Source of the DNA: an uncultured bacterium
GTDB taxonomy: Bacteria > Verrucomicrobiota > Verrucomicrobiia > Limisphaerales > JACDHS01
DNA length: 64,000 nt
Direction of reading: 5' to 3'
Assembly (NCBI GenBank): GCA_966112985.1
Contig: CBHWET010000001.1
Coordinates: 40,053-104,052, forward strand
Position numbers and translations under genes: made by a program
The notes under the pieces: model-generated
The model's database searches: none
Told to the model about the DNA's origin: nothing
What the model saw: the letters and a program-made list of their open reading frames with translations, nothing else
Part shown: positions 53,320 to 64,000 of the stretch, piece after piece
Numbering within the stretch: the first letter of the stretch is position 1
Layout of the letters: each line of letters opens with the position of its first letter

Positions 53320-54420
53320 ATGAAATTTCCCAGGCCAATGTTCCGGACGATTTTTCAATCACATCGGTTCTTGCCGCTGCTCTTTGTAATCCTTTCTGCG
53401 TCATTGACTGCTCTCGCGGTAGAACCCAAAAAAGCCCCTTTGACGCCCCACCTGTCCCCTCTGTTGGTGAACAAGGAAGGGCATCCAATCACCACCAAGA
53501 AAGCGTGGCTGGAGCAACGCGAAAACATTCGTAGTAACTGGCTTGCCGCTCTCGGCACCGACCTGCCCACGAAATCCATTCCACTGAAAACTGAATTCCT
53601 GGAAAAAGAAGATTTGCCAGCCTTCACGCGACAACACGTTAGATATCAAATCGAGGAAAGGGTCTCCCGGGACGGTTACTTACTAACGCCTAAACAAATG
53701 AAAGGCAAAGCTCCGGCGATCGTTGTATTCCACCCGACCACTTACTTGCAGGCAAAGGGCGTCGCCGGCCTCGCAGCCGAATATGCCGACGAAAAACGAC
53801 AGGGGATCCAACTCGTCGAACGGGGATTTATCGTCTGGTGTCCGCGAAACTTTATCTTCGACGAAGTGCCCGATGTCAAAGATGGCATTCAGTTATACAC
53901 AGCGAATGTCGAAAAACTTCACAAAAAACATCCACAACGAACGGGAATGGGTCAAATGGTTTTGGACGCAATTCGGGCCGCTGATTTTGTCGAGTCACTG
54001 CCAAATGTGGCGAAGGATCGAATTGGAGCCATCGGCCACTCTCTGGGAGGCAAACAAGTTCTTTACGCAGCGGCATTCGACGACCGCTACAAAGCCGTCG
54101 TATCCAGCGAGGGAGGTATCGGCCTTTCATTTAGCAATTGGGAAGCCGTGTGGTATTTGGGGCCGCAAATCAAAAGGCCTGAATGGAACTTAGAAAATCA
54201 CCAGGTATTGGCATTGGTTGCGCCTCGCGCCTTTTTCTTGCTCGCAGGCAATTCAGCTGACGACGACCGCAGTAGCAATTTCATCGAGGCGGTTCGACCA
54301 GTCTACAAACTCTTTAAGGCAGAAGATCGCGTGACATGGCTGAATCATCATCTCGGGCATCGTTATGCGCCCGAAGCGCGGGAGGCGGCAGAGGGCTTTT
54401 TGGATAAAAACCTGAAGTAG
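53320..54420 (+). CDS. Secreted alpha/beta hydrolase (dienelactone-hydrolase/glucuronoyl-esterase-like)
   Basis: It has a signal peptide after ATG 53320 and a nucleophile elbow GHSLGGK. It is divergent from the sulfatase gene. Confidence 0.65.
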   Translation: MKFPRPMFRTIFQSHRFLPLLFVILSASLTALAVEPKKAPLTPHLSPLLVNKEGHPITTKKAWLEQRENIRSNWLAALGTDLPTKSIPLKTEFLEKEDLPAFTRQHVRYQIEERVSRDGYLLTPKQMKGKAPAIVVFHPTTYLQAKGVAGLAAEYADEKRQGIQLVERGFIVWCPRNFIFDEVPDVKDGIQLYTANVEKLHKKHPQRTGMGQMVLDAIRAADFVESLPNVAKDRIGAIGHSLGGKQVLYAAAFDDRYKAVVSSEGGIGLSFSNWEAVWYLGPQIKRPEWNLENHQVLALVAPRAFFLLAGNSADDDRSSNFIEAVRPVYKLFKAEDRVTWLNHHLGHRYAPEAREAAEGFLDKNLK

Positions 54421-54466
54421 GCCCACTCCAGCCAAATTGACACGTCGGCAGATTTCCGGTAACACT

Positions 54467-54495
54467 GTGAATGTTCATTCTGAATAAATATTCAC
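54467..54495. promoter_or_regulatory. Two adjacent palindromes (GAATG-TT-CATTC and TGAAT-AAAT-ATTCA) abutting the SorC-regulator start; candidate operator
   Basis: Read directly: 54469-54480 and 54481-54494. The GTG start of the regulator is at 54496. Confidence 0.35.
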
Positions 54496-55479
54496 GTGGA
54501 AACAATCAATTTGCAGAACGTTCATCTCGCAGCGCGGTTGTATTACATCGACAACCTGCCGCAGTCCGAGATTGCACGGTCTTTACACGTGTCTCAGGCG
54601 AAAGTATCCCGACTCCTGACGGAAGCACGCGAGCGCGGCATTGTTCGCATTTCCGTGGCTGATTTTGATTTCCGCGATTCCACGCTGGAAACGAAGCTGG
54701 TGCGCCATCTTGGAATTCTCTCTGCCATCGTAGTTCGGACGGCCGCTGCTGAGAATAACGGTGAACAGCGAAAGATCGTCGCGCACCTCGTCGCCCGTGC
54801 CATTGCCGACAGCATCAACGCAAACCATACGGTAGCCGTTTCCGGTGGACGCACGTTGTGCGAGGTTGCACGACATCTACCGTCATCCCACAAAAATGGG
54901 GTTACGGTTCTTCCGGCCATGGGAAGCGTTCGAGCGCAAATCGGGACGGTGGATGCTGTTGAAGTCGCGCGCACCATTGCCAATCACTGTGGCGCATCCG
55001 TCGTGATGCTGAATTCGCCGGCGTTTTTACCAGACAAGAAGACGCGCGATACATTTTTGGCCCTTGAGCAAATCCGCTCCGTCCGCAGTAGGCTTTCACA
55101 GGCAAATCTCGCTCTCGTGGGAATCGGCACTCTTTCCAATTCGGTGTTCATCGAAAATAAATTACTCACCAAAGCGCATGTTGAGGAACTGCACGACGCC
55201 GGTGTTGTTGGAGAAATTTGTGGACGGTTCTTCGATAAAAACGGAACGGAATGCGACACGAAGTGGCGTGATCGGGTGGTAAGTATCGAATTCTCTCAAT
55301 TGCGCCGCATCCCCAACGTCACGGCTATTGTCTTGGGTGAAGATCGCGTGCAGGCAATCCGCGCCGCAGCCGCAGGTCAGTTGATCAAATCGCTCGTCAC
55401 CGATGAGCGGACGGCGATGGCTTTACTCGATAGCGAACTAAATAGTTCGTCCGGAAAAACCAGAAAACGAAAAGTATGA
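54496..55479 (+). CDS. SorC/DeoR-type sugar-binding transcriptional regulator
   Basis: 327 aa. The N-terminal HTH (AARLYYIDNLPQSEIARSLHVSQAKVSRLLTEARERGIVRISV) is characteristic of the SorC family. Confidence 0.85.
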   Translation: METINLQNVHLAARLYYIDNLPQSEIARSLHVSQAKVSRLLTEARERGIVRISVADFDFRDSTLETKLVRHLGILSAIVVRTAAAENNGEQRKIVAHLVARAIADSINANHTVAVSGGRTLCEVARHLPSSHKNGVTVLPAMGSVRAQIGTVDAVEVARTIANHCGASVVMLNSPAFLPDKKTRDTFLALEQIRSVRSRLSQANLALVGIGTLSNSVFIENKLLTKAHVEELHDAGVVGEICGRFFDKNGTECDTKWRDRVVSIEFSQLRRIPNVTAIVLGEDRVQAIRAAAAGQLIKSLVTDERTAMALLDSELNSSSGKTRKRKV

Positions 55480-56402
55480 AAACTCTTGTTTTAACTGTGC
55501 TACTGCTAGCGCCGTCGGTATTTGCCGACTCAAAATCGACACAAACTCTCAAGAGCGACTGGAATGTCACCGCCCATGTTCCGTTCGAACAATTCAAAAT
55601 CCAAAGCCACCGCGGCGCTGGCGTGCTCGCGCCGGAAAATACCCTCGAGGCGTTCCAACTGGGATGGAAGATTGGAACCATTCCAGAGTCGGATTTGCGG
55701 ACAACGAAAGATGGCGTGATCGTCGCATTTCATGACAACGACTTCAGTCGCGTTGTCAAAAATGCCAGCGAGGAACTCAAAAAGAAAGGCGTGCAAGACC
55801 TCACGTTTGAGGAACTCCGCAAACTCGATGTGAGTCGATCCGTCGGCAACAACTTCACCGAAGGCCACGTCTCCAAGATTACCGAAGTGTTTGCTTTAAT
55901 GAAAGGACATCCGGAAAGGCACCTTTATTTGGATATCAAAAATGTCGATCTGAAACAGCTCGCCTCCGAAGTGAAAGAGTTTACCGTGGAAAAACAGGTA
56001 ATCCTCGCCAGCACAAAATACGAAATCATCCATCAATGGAAGAAGCTCGTTCCGGAATCCAACACGCTTCTCTGGATGGGTGGCGACGAAAAGAAACTGA
56101 AGCAGCGTTTTGAGGAACTACGAAAAAGTGATTTCTCGGACGTTACCCAATTGCAGATTCATACTCGGCTAAACAAAAGCGGCGACAGTAATGAACCGTT
56201 TAACGTTCCACAGAAGTTTCTGATCGATGTAGGGAAGGAATTACGCGCGCACGGAATCCTATATCAAACATTGCCTTGGGACAGTTCAGACAAGCAAACC
56301 TTCTGGACCCTTTTAGATTTGGGCTTTGCATCTTTTTCAACGGATTTCCCGGATGCCGCTTTGAAAGCAGTCAAAGACTATTACAGCGAACACAATCATT
56401 GA
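55476..56402 (+). CDS. Secreted glycerophosphodiester phosphodiesterase family protein
   Basis: It has a signal peptide and the GDPD motif IQSHRGAGVLAPENTLEAF. The ATGA overlaps the regulator stop. Confidence 0.8.
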   Translation: MKTLVLTVLLLAPSVFADSKSTQTLKSDWNVTAHVPFEQFKIQSHRGAGVLAPENTLEAFQLGWKIGTIPESDLRTTKDGVIVAFHDNDFSRVVKNASEELKKKGVQDLTFEELRKLDVSRSVGNNFTEGHVSKITEVFALMKGHPERHLYLDIKNVDLKQLASEVKEFTVEKQVILASTKYEIIHQWKKLVPESNTLLWMGGDEKKLKQRFEELRKSDFSDVTQLQIHTRLNKSGDSNEPFNVPQKFLIDVGKELRAHGILYQTLPWDSSDKQTFWTLLDLGFASFSTDFPDAALKAVKDYYSEHNH

Positions 56403-56406
56403 GAAC

Positions 56407-57774
56407 ATGATCCCCACACCACTTACGCTTGCTGAGGCGCTCGCTTCTGCCCGCGAAACGCGGGACCTGGAAATCGGTTCGAAAATCTTAGCGAAAACCG
56501 TCGATGTCTTTTGCCGTCAATTTCCCAAGCGCAGCGCTGTCATCATCGCTGATGAAAACACTTTTCGCGTCGCTGGCCGGGAAATAGCCAAGGCCTTCGC
56601 TAAAAGCGGGGTTTCATGTGAATCTCCATTTATTTTCACAGCGCCCGACCTCTACGCCGAATTCCGGTTTGTCGAGGAGTTGGAGCAATCATTGAAGGCA
56701 CACAACGCGATCCCTGTGGCCGTCGGCTCAGGAGTTATCAACGATCTTACCAAACTCGCGGCGCATCGAACGGCACGGCCTTACCTGTGTGTCGCAACTG
56801 CGGCATCGATGGATGGTTATACAGCATTCGGCGCCTCAGTGACGTACAAAGGGGCGAAGCAGACCTTCACGTGCCCCGCACCCGTAGCAGTCGTGGCCGA
56901 TGTTGACGTGATTCGCGCCGCGCCACCGGAAATGACCGCTTCAGGTTACGCCGATTTATTGGCAAAGATAACTGCCGGCGCGGATTGGATTTTCGCGGAC
57001 GCGCTGGGGGCAGAGCGAATTGATACGCAATCGTGGAACATTGTCCAAGGGCGTTTGCGCGAGTGCCTCAAAAACCCAAAAGCCGCACGTTCTGGTGACG
57101 CGAATGCAATCTTTGGCCTGACGGAAGGCCTGATGCTCGGCGGATTCGCAATGCAATCTTCGAAGTCCAGTCGTCCCGCTTCTGGTGCTGAACACCAGTT
57201 CAGCCATTTGTGGGACATGCAACACCACACGCATAATGGCGTCGCTCCGTCACACGGTTTTAAAGTTGGAGTTGCCACGCTCGCCGTCACCGCTCTCTAC
57301 GAACAAATTTTCCAAGCGCCGATCGAGCGCCTCGATGTGTCCTCCTGCGTAGCAAACTGGCCGGATGAAAAGGCTCTTGAAAAGTCCGTTCGCACCGTCT
57401 TCGCCGGTGACGAGTTCCTCGATACGATATGGGAAGAAACGCGCGCAAAATACGTGAGCCGCGACCAACTCACCAATCAGCTCAATCAATTGCGCAGCGC
57501 CTGGCCCGACATCAAAACCAAGCTACAGCGACAATTGATTCCCTTTACCGAAGCGAAACAGATGCTGGAAGACGTCGGAGCCCCAACCGAGCCTGAGCAA
57601 ATTGGTATATCGCGCGAGCGGTTACGTAATTCATTCATGCCCGCGTATTACTTGCGCCGTCGCTTTACGATCCTTGATGTGGCAGTCCGTACTGGCCTGC
57701 TTGAGTCCAGCCTTGCCTCGATTTTCGGGCCTAGAGGCCGGTGGCCAATGACAAAGAACCAAATCGCCGCATGA
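56407..57774 (+). CDS. Iron/zinc-dependent alcohol-dehydrogenase-fold enzyme, sn-glycerol-1-phosphate dehydrogenase-like
   Basis: 455 aa. It has GSGVINDLTKLAA, ASMDGY, GYADLLAK, SGAEHQFSHLWD and HGFKVG, the nucleotide-binding and metal-binding pattern of the G1PDH/AraM branch of the dehydroquinate-synthase-like superfamily. Confidence 0.6.
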   Translation: MIPTPLTLAEALASARETRDLEIGSKILAKTVDVFCRQFPKRSAVIIADENTFRVAGREIAKAFAKSGVSCESPFIFTAPDLYAEFRFVEELEQSLKAHNAIPVAVGSGVINDLTKLAAHRTARPYLCVATAASMDGYTAFGASVTYKGAKQTFTCPAPVAVVADVDVIRAAPPEMTASGYADLLAKITAGADWIFADALGAERIDTQSWNIVQGRLRECLKNPKAARSGDANAIFGLTEGLMLGGFAMQSSKSSRPASGAEHQFSHLWDMQHHTHNGVAPSHGFKVGVATLAVTALYEQIFQAPIERLDVSSCVANWPDEKALEKSVRTVFAGDEFLDTIWEETRAKYVSRDQLTNQLNQLRSAWPDIKTKLQRQLIPFTEAKQMLEDVGAPTEPEQIGISRERLRNSFMPAYYLRRRFTILDVAVRTGLLESSLASIFGPRGRWPMTKNQIAA

Positions 57775-57818
57775 CACCAACGCTGCCATCCTCGCCACAG
57801 GCCACACAGAAAAGAACC

Positions 57819-59147
57819 ATGTGCGACATCTTCAAACCCTCGCCCCCGGCGAAGGTGATGTTGACTGATCCTGTCGAAATCAAAGAAACATTCGGCTACT
57901 GGCAACGGCGTATCTTACTTTCCAGCCTCATTGGCTACGCAGTTTTTTATTTCGTTCGCAAAAACATCAGCATTGCGATGCCTGCACTGGAAAAAGACCT
58001 GCACATTTCCAAAGAACAACTCGGATTGTTCCTTACATTACACGGCGTTCTCTACGGTTGTTCCAAATTCGCGCATGGTTTTGTTGCCGATCGGGCGAAC
58101 GCCCGAACGTTGATGGTTGCCGGGCTCGTTGTATCCGCACTGATGAATGTCTGCTTTGGATTAAGTTCCGCAGTAATTACGTTTGGCATTTTTTGGATGT
58201 TAAACGGCTGGTTCCAAGGCGCGGGTTTTCCGCCATGCGCACGGCTTATGACGCATTGGTTTTCGCCGAAAGAGCTCGCGACGAAGATGTCCATTTGGAA
58301 CACGTCACATTCCATTGGGGCGGGACTTGTTCTCGTATTGTGCGGCTATTTATTGAAGCACTTTGGGAATTGGCGACTTTGTTTTCTTGTACCGGCAGCG
58401 ATTGCTGGAGTGGCGTCCATCTTTCTTTGGGTGACCCTACGCGATACCCCTCGGTCACTTGGACTGCCTGATGTAGAAGGAACAAGTTCGTCTTCAACAG
58501 CTGCCAGCGCCGAAGCGACAAGCGCCGAATTCAAACAATTCCTTCGTAAGAAAGTATTCGGCAATCCCTTTATTTGGTTACTGGCAGGAGCAAACTTCTT
58601 TGTCTACACGGTGCGATATGCCGTTTTGGATTGGGGTCCAACACTCTTGCACGAGTACAAAGGACTCGCGATCGACAAAGCGGGTTGGATGACCGCGGCG
58701 TTTGAACTCTCGGGTGTTGCTGGAATGCTCGCCAGCGGATGGTTGACGGACAAAATATTCAAAGGCCGCGGCGCTCGAATGTGCGTATTTTGCATGGCGC
58801 TTACTGCCGTATCGATTTTCGTGTTCTGGAAATTACCGGCTGATTCGTTCCTGCTGAACACCAGTGTCCTCTGCTGCGCGGGATTCTTTATTTATGGCCC
58901 GCAAGCTCTGGTTGGCATCACCGCGGCGAACCTGGCGACAAAACGTGCAGCCGCTACCGCAATCGGGCTGACCGGGATTTTCGGCTACGCCAGCACGGTC
59001 TTATCCGGCTGGGGCGTGGGTAAACTCGCAAAGGATTATGGCTGGAACGTAACGTTCCAGCTGATCCTGCTGATGGCTGTCCTTGGAGCTGTGCTGTTCG
59101 CAGCGGTGTGGCCGGCTAAAGCAACCGGCTACGACAACGAACATTAA
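57819..59147 (+). CDS. glpT: MFS organophosphate:phosphate antiporter, GlpT/UhpC family
   Basis: [10 protein letters not shown]...[20 protein letters not shown]...FVADRANAR aligns with the GlpT N-terminus as I recall it (MLSIFKPAP...YYLVRKNF...). I therefore prefer ATG 57819. Earlier in-frame ATGs exist at 57771 (ATGA with the upstream stop) and 57741. Confidence 0.8.
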   Translation: MCDIFKPSPPAKVMLTDPVEIKETFGYWQRRILLSSLIGYAVFYFVRKNISIAMPALEKDLHISKEQLGLFLTLHGVLYGCSKFAHGFVADRANARTLMVAGLVVSALMNVCFGLSSAVITFGIFWMLNGWFQGAGFPPCARLMTHWFSPKELATKMSIWNTSHSIGAGLVLVLCGYLLKHFGNWRLCFLVPAAIAGVASIFLWVTLRDTPRSLGLPDVEGTSSSSTAASAEATSAEFKQFLRKKVFGNPFIWLLAGANFFVYTVRYAVLDWGPTLLHEYKGLAIDKAGWMTAAFELSGVAGMLASGWLTDKIFKGRGARMCVFCMALTAVSIFVFWKLPADSFLLNTSVLCCAGFFIYGPQALVGITAANLATKRAAATAIGLTGIFGYASTVLSGWGVGKLAKDYGWNVTFQLILLMAVLGAVLFAAVWPAKATGYDNEH

Positions 59148-60646
59148 GCAATCAAGTCTTTGATCACGTGTGAGGGCTCCACGCCAGTCAACCTCTGATC
59201 CAGGCCAAGATAACGGAACGTAAACCGTTCATGATCCATGCCGAGAAGATTCAGAACAGTCGCGTGGAAGTCGTGAATGTGAACAGGATCTTTCACGATG
59301 TTATAGGAAAACTCGTCCGTTTCACCGTAAACCGTCCCCGGGCGTGAACCACCGCCCGCCATCCACATCGTGAAGCAGCGCGGATGATGATCGCGTCCGT
59401 AGTTTTCTTTGCTCAATCCGCCTTGCGAGTAAATCGTTCGACCGAATTCTCCACCCCACACAACCAAGGTAGAATCCAACATGCCGCGTTGCTTTAAGTC
59501 TTGAATCAAACCGTAACACGCCTGGTCGACATCACGGCATTGATCCGGTAAACGACCTGATACGTTTGCATGCGTGTCCCAGTTATTGTGATAAATCTGC
59601 ACGAAACGCACTCCCCTCTCCACCATGCGGCGAGCAAGCAATGCTGAATTCGCAAACGAGCCGGCCTTCTTCGCGTCATCTCCATACAGTTTGTAGGTCG
59701 CTTCCGACTCGGTCCCGATATTCGTCAACTCCGGAACGCTCGACTGCATGCGAAACGCCAATTCAAATTGTTGGATCCGCGTATGCGTTTCTGGGTCGCC
59801 TACTTCTTTATAATTTAATTCGTTGAGAGCTCTCAACCCGTCCAAAGTCTTGCGACGAACCTTCGCATCCACTCCGTTCGGATTGTTGATAAACAAAATG
59901 GGATCACCAGCGCTCCTGAATGAAACGCCGGCATGTTCGCCCGGCAAATAACCGGACGACCAAAGCCGAGCTGAGATGGCCTGCACCTGTTCGGTGTTGG
60001 AAGGCTTCGCAACCAAAACCACGAATGTCGGAAGATTTTCGTTCAGCGACCCCAAACCATACGATACCCAGGAGCCCAAACAGGGCCGGCCTGTGATCTG
60101 ATTGCCGGTCTGCATGTAGGTAATCGCCGGCTCGTGATTGATTGCTTCTGTGTGCATCGAACGAATGAAGCACATGTCATCAACGATCTTTGAGGTCCAC
60201 GGCAACAGTTCGCTGACCCACATTCCACTTTTACCGTATTGTTTAAACTTAAACTTTGACGGTGCGATCGGAAATCGCGCCTGCCCCGATGTCATCGTCG
60301 TCAGACGCTGCCCCATTCGGATCGATTCCGGCAAATCTTTGTCGTACCAATCGCCCATCACCGGCTTGTAATCGTATAAATCCATCTGCGGCGGGCCCCC
60401 AACCATGTGCAGATAAATGACATTCTTCGCCTTCGGCGCAAAATGTGGGCCGACAGCTTTCTTAATCGCATCAACAGCGGCTGCACCATCCTTGCGCTTG
60501 CCAGCGCCGAACAGTTGCGGCACCAGCAGCCCAAGGGCAGCTGTTCCTAAGAAGCTCGCACCGCGTTTAAAGAATTGCCGACGCGTCTCATAACGGACGT
60601 ACTCTTCGAACAACGGATGCGGCGTAAATGGTTTGAACGGTTGCAT
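59144..60646 (-). CDS. DUF1501 domain protein (second copy)
   Basis: 500 aa with a Tat-like N-terminus ([15 protein letters not shown]) and the block [11 protein letters not shown]. It is paired with the upstream PSD1-type gene. Confidence 0.85.
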   Translation of the reverse strand: MQPFKPFTPHPLFEEYVRYETRRQFFKRGASFLGTAALGLLVPQLFGAGKRKDGAAAVDAIKKAVGPHFAPKAKNVIYLHMVGGPPQMDLYDYKPVMGDWYDKDLPESIRMGQRLTTMTSGQARFPIAPSKFKFKQYGKSGMWVSELLPWTSKIVDDMCFIRSMHTEAINHEPAITYMQTGNQITGRPCLGSWVSYGLGSLNENLPTFVVLVAKPSNTEQVQAISARLWSSGYLPGEHAGVSFRSAGDPILFINNPNGVDAKVRRKTLDGLRALNELNYKEVGDPETHTRIQQFELAFRMQSSVPELTNIGTESEATYKLYGDDAKKAGSFANSALLARRMVERGVRFVQIYHNNWDTHANVSGRLPDQCRDVDQACYGLIQDLKQRGMLDSTLVVWGGEFGRTIYSQGGLSKENYGRDHHPRCFTMWMAGGGSRPGTVYGETDEFSYNIVKDPVHIHDFHATVLNLLGMDHERFTFRYLGLDQRLTGVEPSHVIKDLIA

Positions 60647-60650
60647 AAAA

Positions 60651-63600
60651 TTATTTGTTCAATACTTCGTCGAGATTCATCAACTCATTGGCAACCATCG
60701 TGTAAGCGGCCAGAGTAGGCTTATCGATCGTTGGGTCTACTTTGGATTCGCCAACAGATATCAAAGCTTCGGCGTCCTTTGGTGCTGCTTTGTAATGCTT
60801 CAGCAAGTCGTTTAAAACAGTTTCAGTCACCTTTCGTTCGTCAAATTTCAAGTTCCGTGCTAAAAGCTTTTCTGCCATGTAATCGAGTCGCTCCTTTGAC
60901 TTTGCGCCACCCTCTTTGATGGTGTGTTCGGCAAGATTGCGCGCAGCTTCAACGAACTGAGGATCATTCAAAGTCACGAGCGCCTGAAGTGGTGTATCCG
61001 TCCGTTCACGTTTTACGGTGCACGTTTCACGGGTCGGTGCATTGAAGATCTCCATCGATGCTGGCGGCGCAGAACGCTTCCAGAAAGTATACATGCTTCG
61101 ACGATAAAGATTCTCACCATTGTCCCGCTTGTAGTTCCGGGTGTCGCTGCCAATCATCGTCACCGCTTCCCAGACTCCATCCGGCTGATAAGGCTTCACA
61201 CTCGGCCCCCCGATTTTCGGCACAAGCAAACCGCTTGCCTGAAGTGCATAATCACGCAACATCTCTCCGTCCATACGGAATCGTGGCCCGCGAGACAGTA
61301 GACGGTTTTGAGGGTCTTTCAAAAGTTTCTCTGGCGTATTGATAGCTGCCTGGCGGTAGGTGGATGACATCACCAACATCTTGTAAAACTTCTTTACGTC
61401 CCAACCTGTTTCGCGGAACTCCACGGCCATCCAGTCCAACAACTCTTGATGAGACGGCATCTCGCCAGTCACGCCGAAATCTCCTGCTGTCTTTACAATT
61501 CCAGTGCCGAATAATTCCTGCCAAAAGCGATTCACCGTCACACGTGTCATGAGCGGGTGCTCAGGAAGCAACAGCCATTTCGCAAAGCCGAGGCGATTAT
61601 GTGGAAAATCCTTTGGCAAAGGTGGAAGTGCCGCCGGTGTATTCGCTTCGACTTTATCACGGCGTTTGTCGTATTCACCTCGAAACAACAGGTAAGCTTG
61701 TGGTGCGTTTGTCGTTTCCTGCATCACATGCGCAACAGTTGCACGACTGCGCATCTCGGCATCGATTTTCTCCAGAGAATCAAGAGCCGTAGAAGCCTGA
61801 AGATATTCTTCATCGAGCGACGTCAACCAACGCGTATACAACTCGTCCGATTCTTCTTTGCTCCGTTTTTCCGCAGTTTTGGAAATCAGCCAACCAAGCC
61901 GTTGTGCATTGCCGAGGTCCTTGATTTCCTCGTGACCCAATAACCGGCCGTAGATTCTTACATCCTGAATGCCTGTCTTCTCGATTGGACTTGTTTTATT
62001 ACGCTGACCAATCTTGAAGGGCACCTTCGTCTTTATTGTAGCCCTCAATTTGTCGTCCAACTTGTCCGCCTGAACCTCGAACTCCTGCAATTCTCCGTCG
62101 ATATACACTTTAACGCCACTCGCTTTGACCGATCCGTCATACGTTACAAAAACATGACTCCAACGGTTCGGCTCAAGCGCTTTCCGAGACACTACTTTGA
62201 TCGCAATATCCGGCCACTTGCTAATGATATGCGTTCCCGGACGTCCCTTCTCTAACCAAAGATCCCATCCACGATACGAGTCGTCCTCATCCATACGCGC
62301 CAGCACAGATCCATCGCGGCTATCAGATAATTTCACCCAAGCGCCGTAGCTGAAGGAACTGTTATATTCGAAGTTCCCAACATCCTTGAACACCGGTGTC
62401 GTCGCCGAAGTAAACGTAAATGCCTTCGCCGCGACCGCTCCGTCTTGCCAGGCGACAGGAGCATTCGTGAACTCGACCGTCGATGGCTTGCCCGCAATGT
62501 TTACTTTCAATGAATTCGTAGACTCGTCTGCCAATGGCGCGTGAAACACCAACTTATCTTTAGGCGCCCGAGCACGTATTGATTCTACGGATGAATCGGC
62601 AACCCATGCGTCAAATTTTGGCTTCGCCTTCGCCTTTCGATCGTCCATCCGTTTGCGCACGTCCGCTTTTTCGTTAGGCAAAGCGTCCCACCGTGCTCGA
62701 TCCTCCGGTTTAGGCAACAGTATCACCGGCGGCGTGTCTTTCACATTGCCGTCCATCGCCTTCTGCGTGGTGTTGTTGAAGAAAGCCGACAGGGAATAGA
62801 ACTCCTTCTGCGTGAGCCGATCATATTTGTGATCGTGACAGACGGCACAGCCCGCGGTGAGCCCCAGGAAAACCTGCGACGTCGTTTCTGTCCGGTCGCG
62901 GGCGTATAGCACCAGATATTCCTCATCGATCGCGCCACCTTCGCTTGTCGTAATATTGCAACGATTGAATCCCGTCGCGATTTTCTGCTCCAACGTAGGC
63001 GACGGCAACAGATCACCAGCTAATTGCTCAACGGTAAACTGGTCGAACGGTTTATTTTGGTTGTAAGCATTAATGACCCAATCGCGGTATGCCCAGATTT
63101 CGCGATAGTTATCAATGTGGATACCGTGGGTATCGCCGTAACGCGCCGCATCCAACCAATAACGACCGCGATGCTCGCCCCAGTGCGGTGACGCCAGAAG
63201 TTGATCCACCAGCTTTTCGTACGCGTTTTTCGAATTATCTTTTACAAATGCCTCAACCTGCTCAGGCGTCGGCGGCAATCCAGTCAGGTCCAACGACACT
63301 CGGCGCGCCAGAGTTCGCTTATCCGCCTCACGCGCCGGTTTTAGTTTCTCTTTCTCCAAGCGCGCGAGGACAAAAGCGTCGATCGGCGAGCGCACCCATT
63401 TCTTATTCTTAACCACCGGCACCGCCGGACGACTCGGAGCGATTAACGACCAGTGCGCCTGATATTTCGCACCATCCGCAATCCAACGTTTCAACGTCTC
63501 CTTCTGCTCCACCGATAGGACTTTATGCGTTTTAGCCGGCGGCATAATGTCATCTTCGTTCGTCGTAAAGATGCGCGATACGACTTCACTCTGGTCCGGC

Positions 63601-63860
63601 TTGCCGGGAACGATCGCCGGTTTGCTGTCCTTCCGTGGCAATACCGCATCTTCAAACCGATCGAGCCGAAGGCTTCCCTTTCGCGCTGCGGAGTCGGCGC
63701 CGTGACAGGCAAAACAGTTTTCTGACAGGATCGGACGAATGTCTCGGTTGTATTCGAGGGGCGCAGAAGCTTTTGAGGTCGCCGTGTTCGCCTGAGCATC
63801 GGCAAAAACGAATGCTGTCCCCAAAGAAAGGGTGCAGGAAAGAAAATGTGTCAGCCGCAT
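60651..63860 (-). CDS. PSD1-type protein: cytochrome-c-like domain + DUF1549 + LamG-like insert + DUF1553
   Basis: 1069 aa with [19 protein letters not shown] and [10 protein letters not shown]. The central ~200 aa (…[12 protein letters not shown]…[12 protein letters not shown]…VKVYIDGE) looks like a concanavalin/LamG jelly-roll. Confidence 0.8.
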   Translation of the reverse strand: MRLTHFLSCTLSLGTAFVFADAQANTATSKASAPLEYNRDIRPILSENCFACHGADSAARKGSLRLDRFEDAVLPRKDSKPAIVPGKPDQSEVVSRIFTTNEDDIMPPAKTHKVLSVEQKETLKRWIADGAKYQAHWSLIAPSRPAVPVVKNKKWVRSPIDAFVLARLEKEKLKPAREADKRTLARRVSLDLTGLPPTPEQVEAFVKDNSKNAYEKLVDQLLASPHWGEHRGRYWLDAARYGDTHGIHIDNYREIWAYRDWVINAYNQNKPFDQFTVEQLAGDLLPSPTLEQKIATGFNRCNITTSEGGAIDEEYLVLYARDRTETTSQVFLGLTAGCAVCHDHKYDRLTQKEFYSLSAFFNNTTQKAMDGNVKDTPPVILLPKPEDRARWDALPNEKADVRKRMDDRKAKAKPKFDAWVADSSVESIRARAPKDKLVFHAPLADESTNSLKVNIAGKPSTVEFTNAPVAWQDGAVAAKAFTFTSATTPVFKDVGNFEYNSSFSYGAWVKLSDSRDGSVLARMDEDDSYRGWDLWLEKGRPGTHIISKWPDIAIKVVSRKALEPNRWSHVFVTYDGSVKASGVKVYIDGELQEFEVQADKLDDKLRATIKTKVPFKIGQRNKTSPIEKTGIQDVRIYGRLLGHEEIKDLGNAQRLGWLISKTAEKRSKEESDELYTRWLTSLDEEYLQASTALDSLEKIDAEMRSRATVAHVMQETTNAPQAYLLFRGEYDKRRDKVEANTPAALPPLPKDFPHNRLGFAKWLLLPEHPLMTRVTVNRFWQELFGTGIVKTAGDFGVTGEMPSHQELLDWMAVEFRETGWDVKKFYKMLVMSSTYRQAAINTPEKLLKDPQNRLLSRGPRFRMDGEMLRDYALQASGLLVPKIGGPSVKPYQPDGVWEAVTMIGSDTRNYKRDNGENLYRRSMYTFWKRSAPPASMEIFNAPTRETCTVKRERTDTPLQALVTLNDPQFVEAARNLAEHTIKEGGAKSKERLDYMAEKLLARNLKFDERKVTETVLNDLLKHYKAAPKDAEALISVGESKVDPTIDKPTLAAYTMVANELMNLDEVLNK

Positions 63861-64000
63861 GGTAATTCGAATCGTTATGTTATCCCTCGCACAACCACTG
63901 TTTCAAGGTGGATTGTGGTATCAAAGAAAGACGACCAGGAAAGAGCCAACATTCAGCGCTCTTCAGTTGAACTTTAACATTCAGGTTTATCGGCAGTTGT

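Overview
This 64-kb chromosomal window splits into three parts. The right-hand ~26 kb carries families typical of the PVC superphylum: two PSD1(DUF1549/DUF1553)+DUF1501 pairs, a membrane-bound-dehydrogenase/heme-binding CxxCH protein, a sulfatase and esterases. The host is therefore probably a planctomycete or verrucomicrobium (inference). The left 26.7 kb is a dense, almost entirely minus-strand defence island with three systems. (i) BREX type 1: brxA-brxB-brxC-pglX, then a DUF262/DUF1524 GmrSD-family (BrxU-like) gene, then pglZ. pglZ runs off the left edge and is absent from the ORF track. (ii) A complete type II CBASS operon (patatin capV, CD-NTase, E2/E1 cap2, JAB cap3) with a divergent LysR-type regulator. 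(iii) A giant two-gene pair with Druantia type III architecture: a 1177-aa protein with no recognisable domain plus a 1997-aa DEXH helicase with a DUF1998 zinc module. About 27.1-37.6 kb looks like a small integrative element. It has a tyrosine integrase, an excisionase-type HTH, a Rep-like protein, a DUF3987-like protein, iteron-like repeats, a frameshifted DUF5131 gene and tandem paralogues, and it ends at a truncated tRNA 3' end. Immediately beyond that junction lies the most unusual non-coding structure I can see: about 17 strictly phased copies of a degenerate 41-bp unit (37.6-38.3 kb), each with an ACGT-centred palindrome and a T-run. The core region also holds an Lhr-type helicase/PdeM pair and a SorC-regulated cluster (GDPD, glycerol-1-phosphate-dehydrogenase-like enzyme, GlpT). 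All family calls rest on motifs read from the translations and on gene order. No database search was run.
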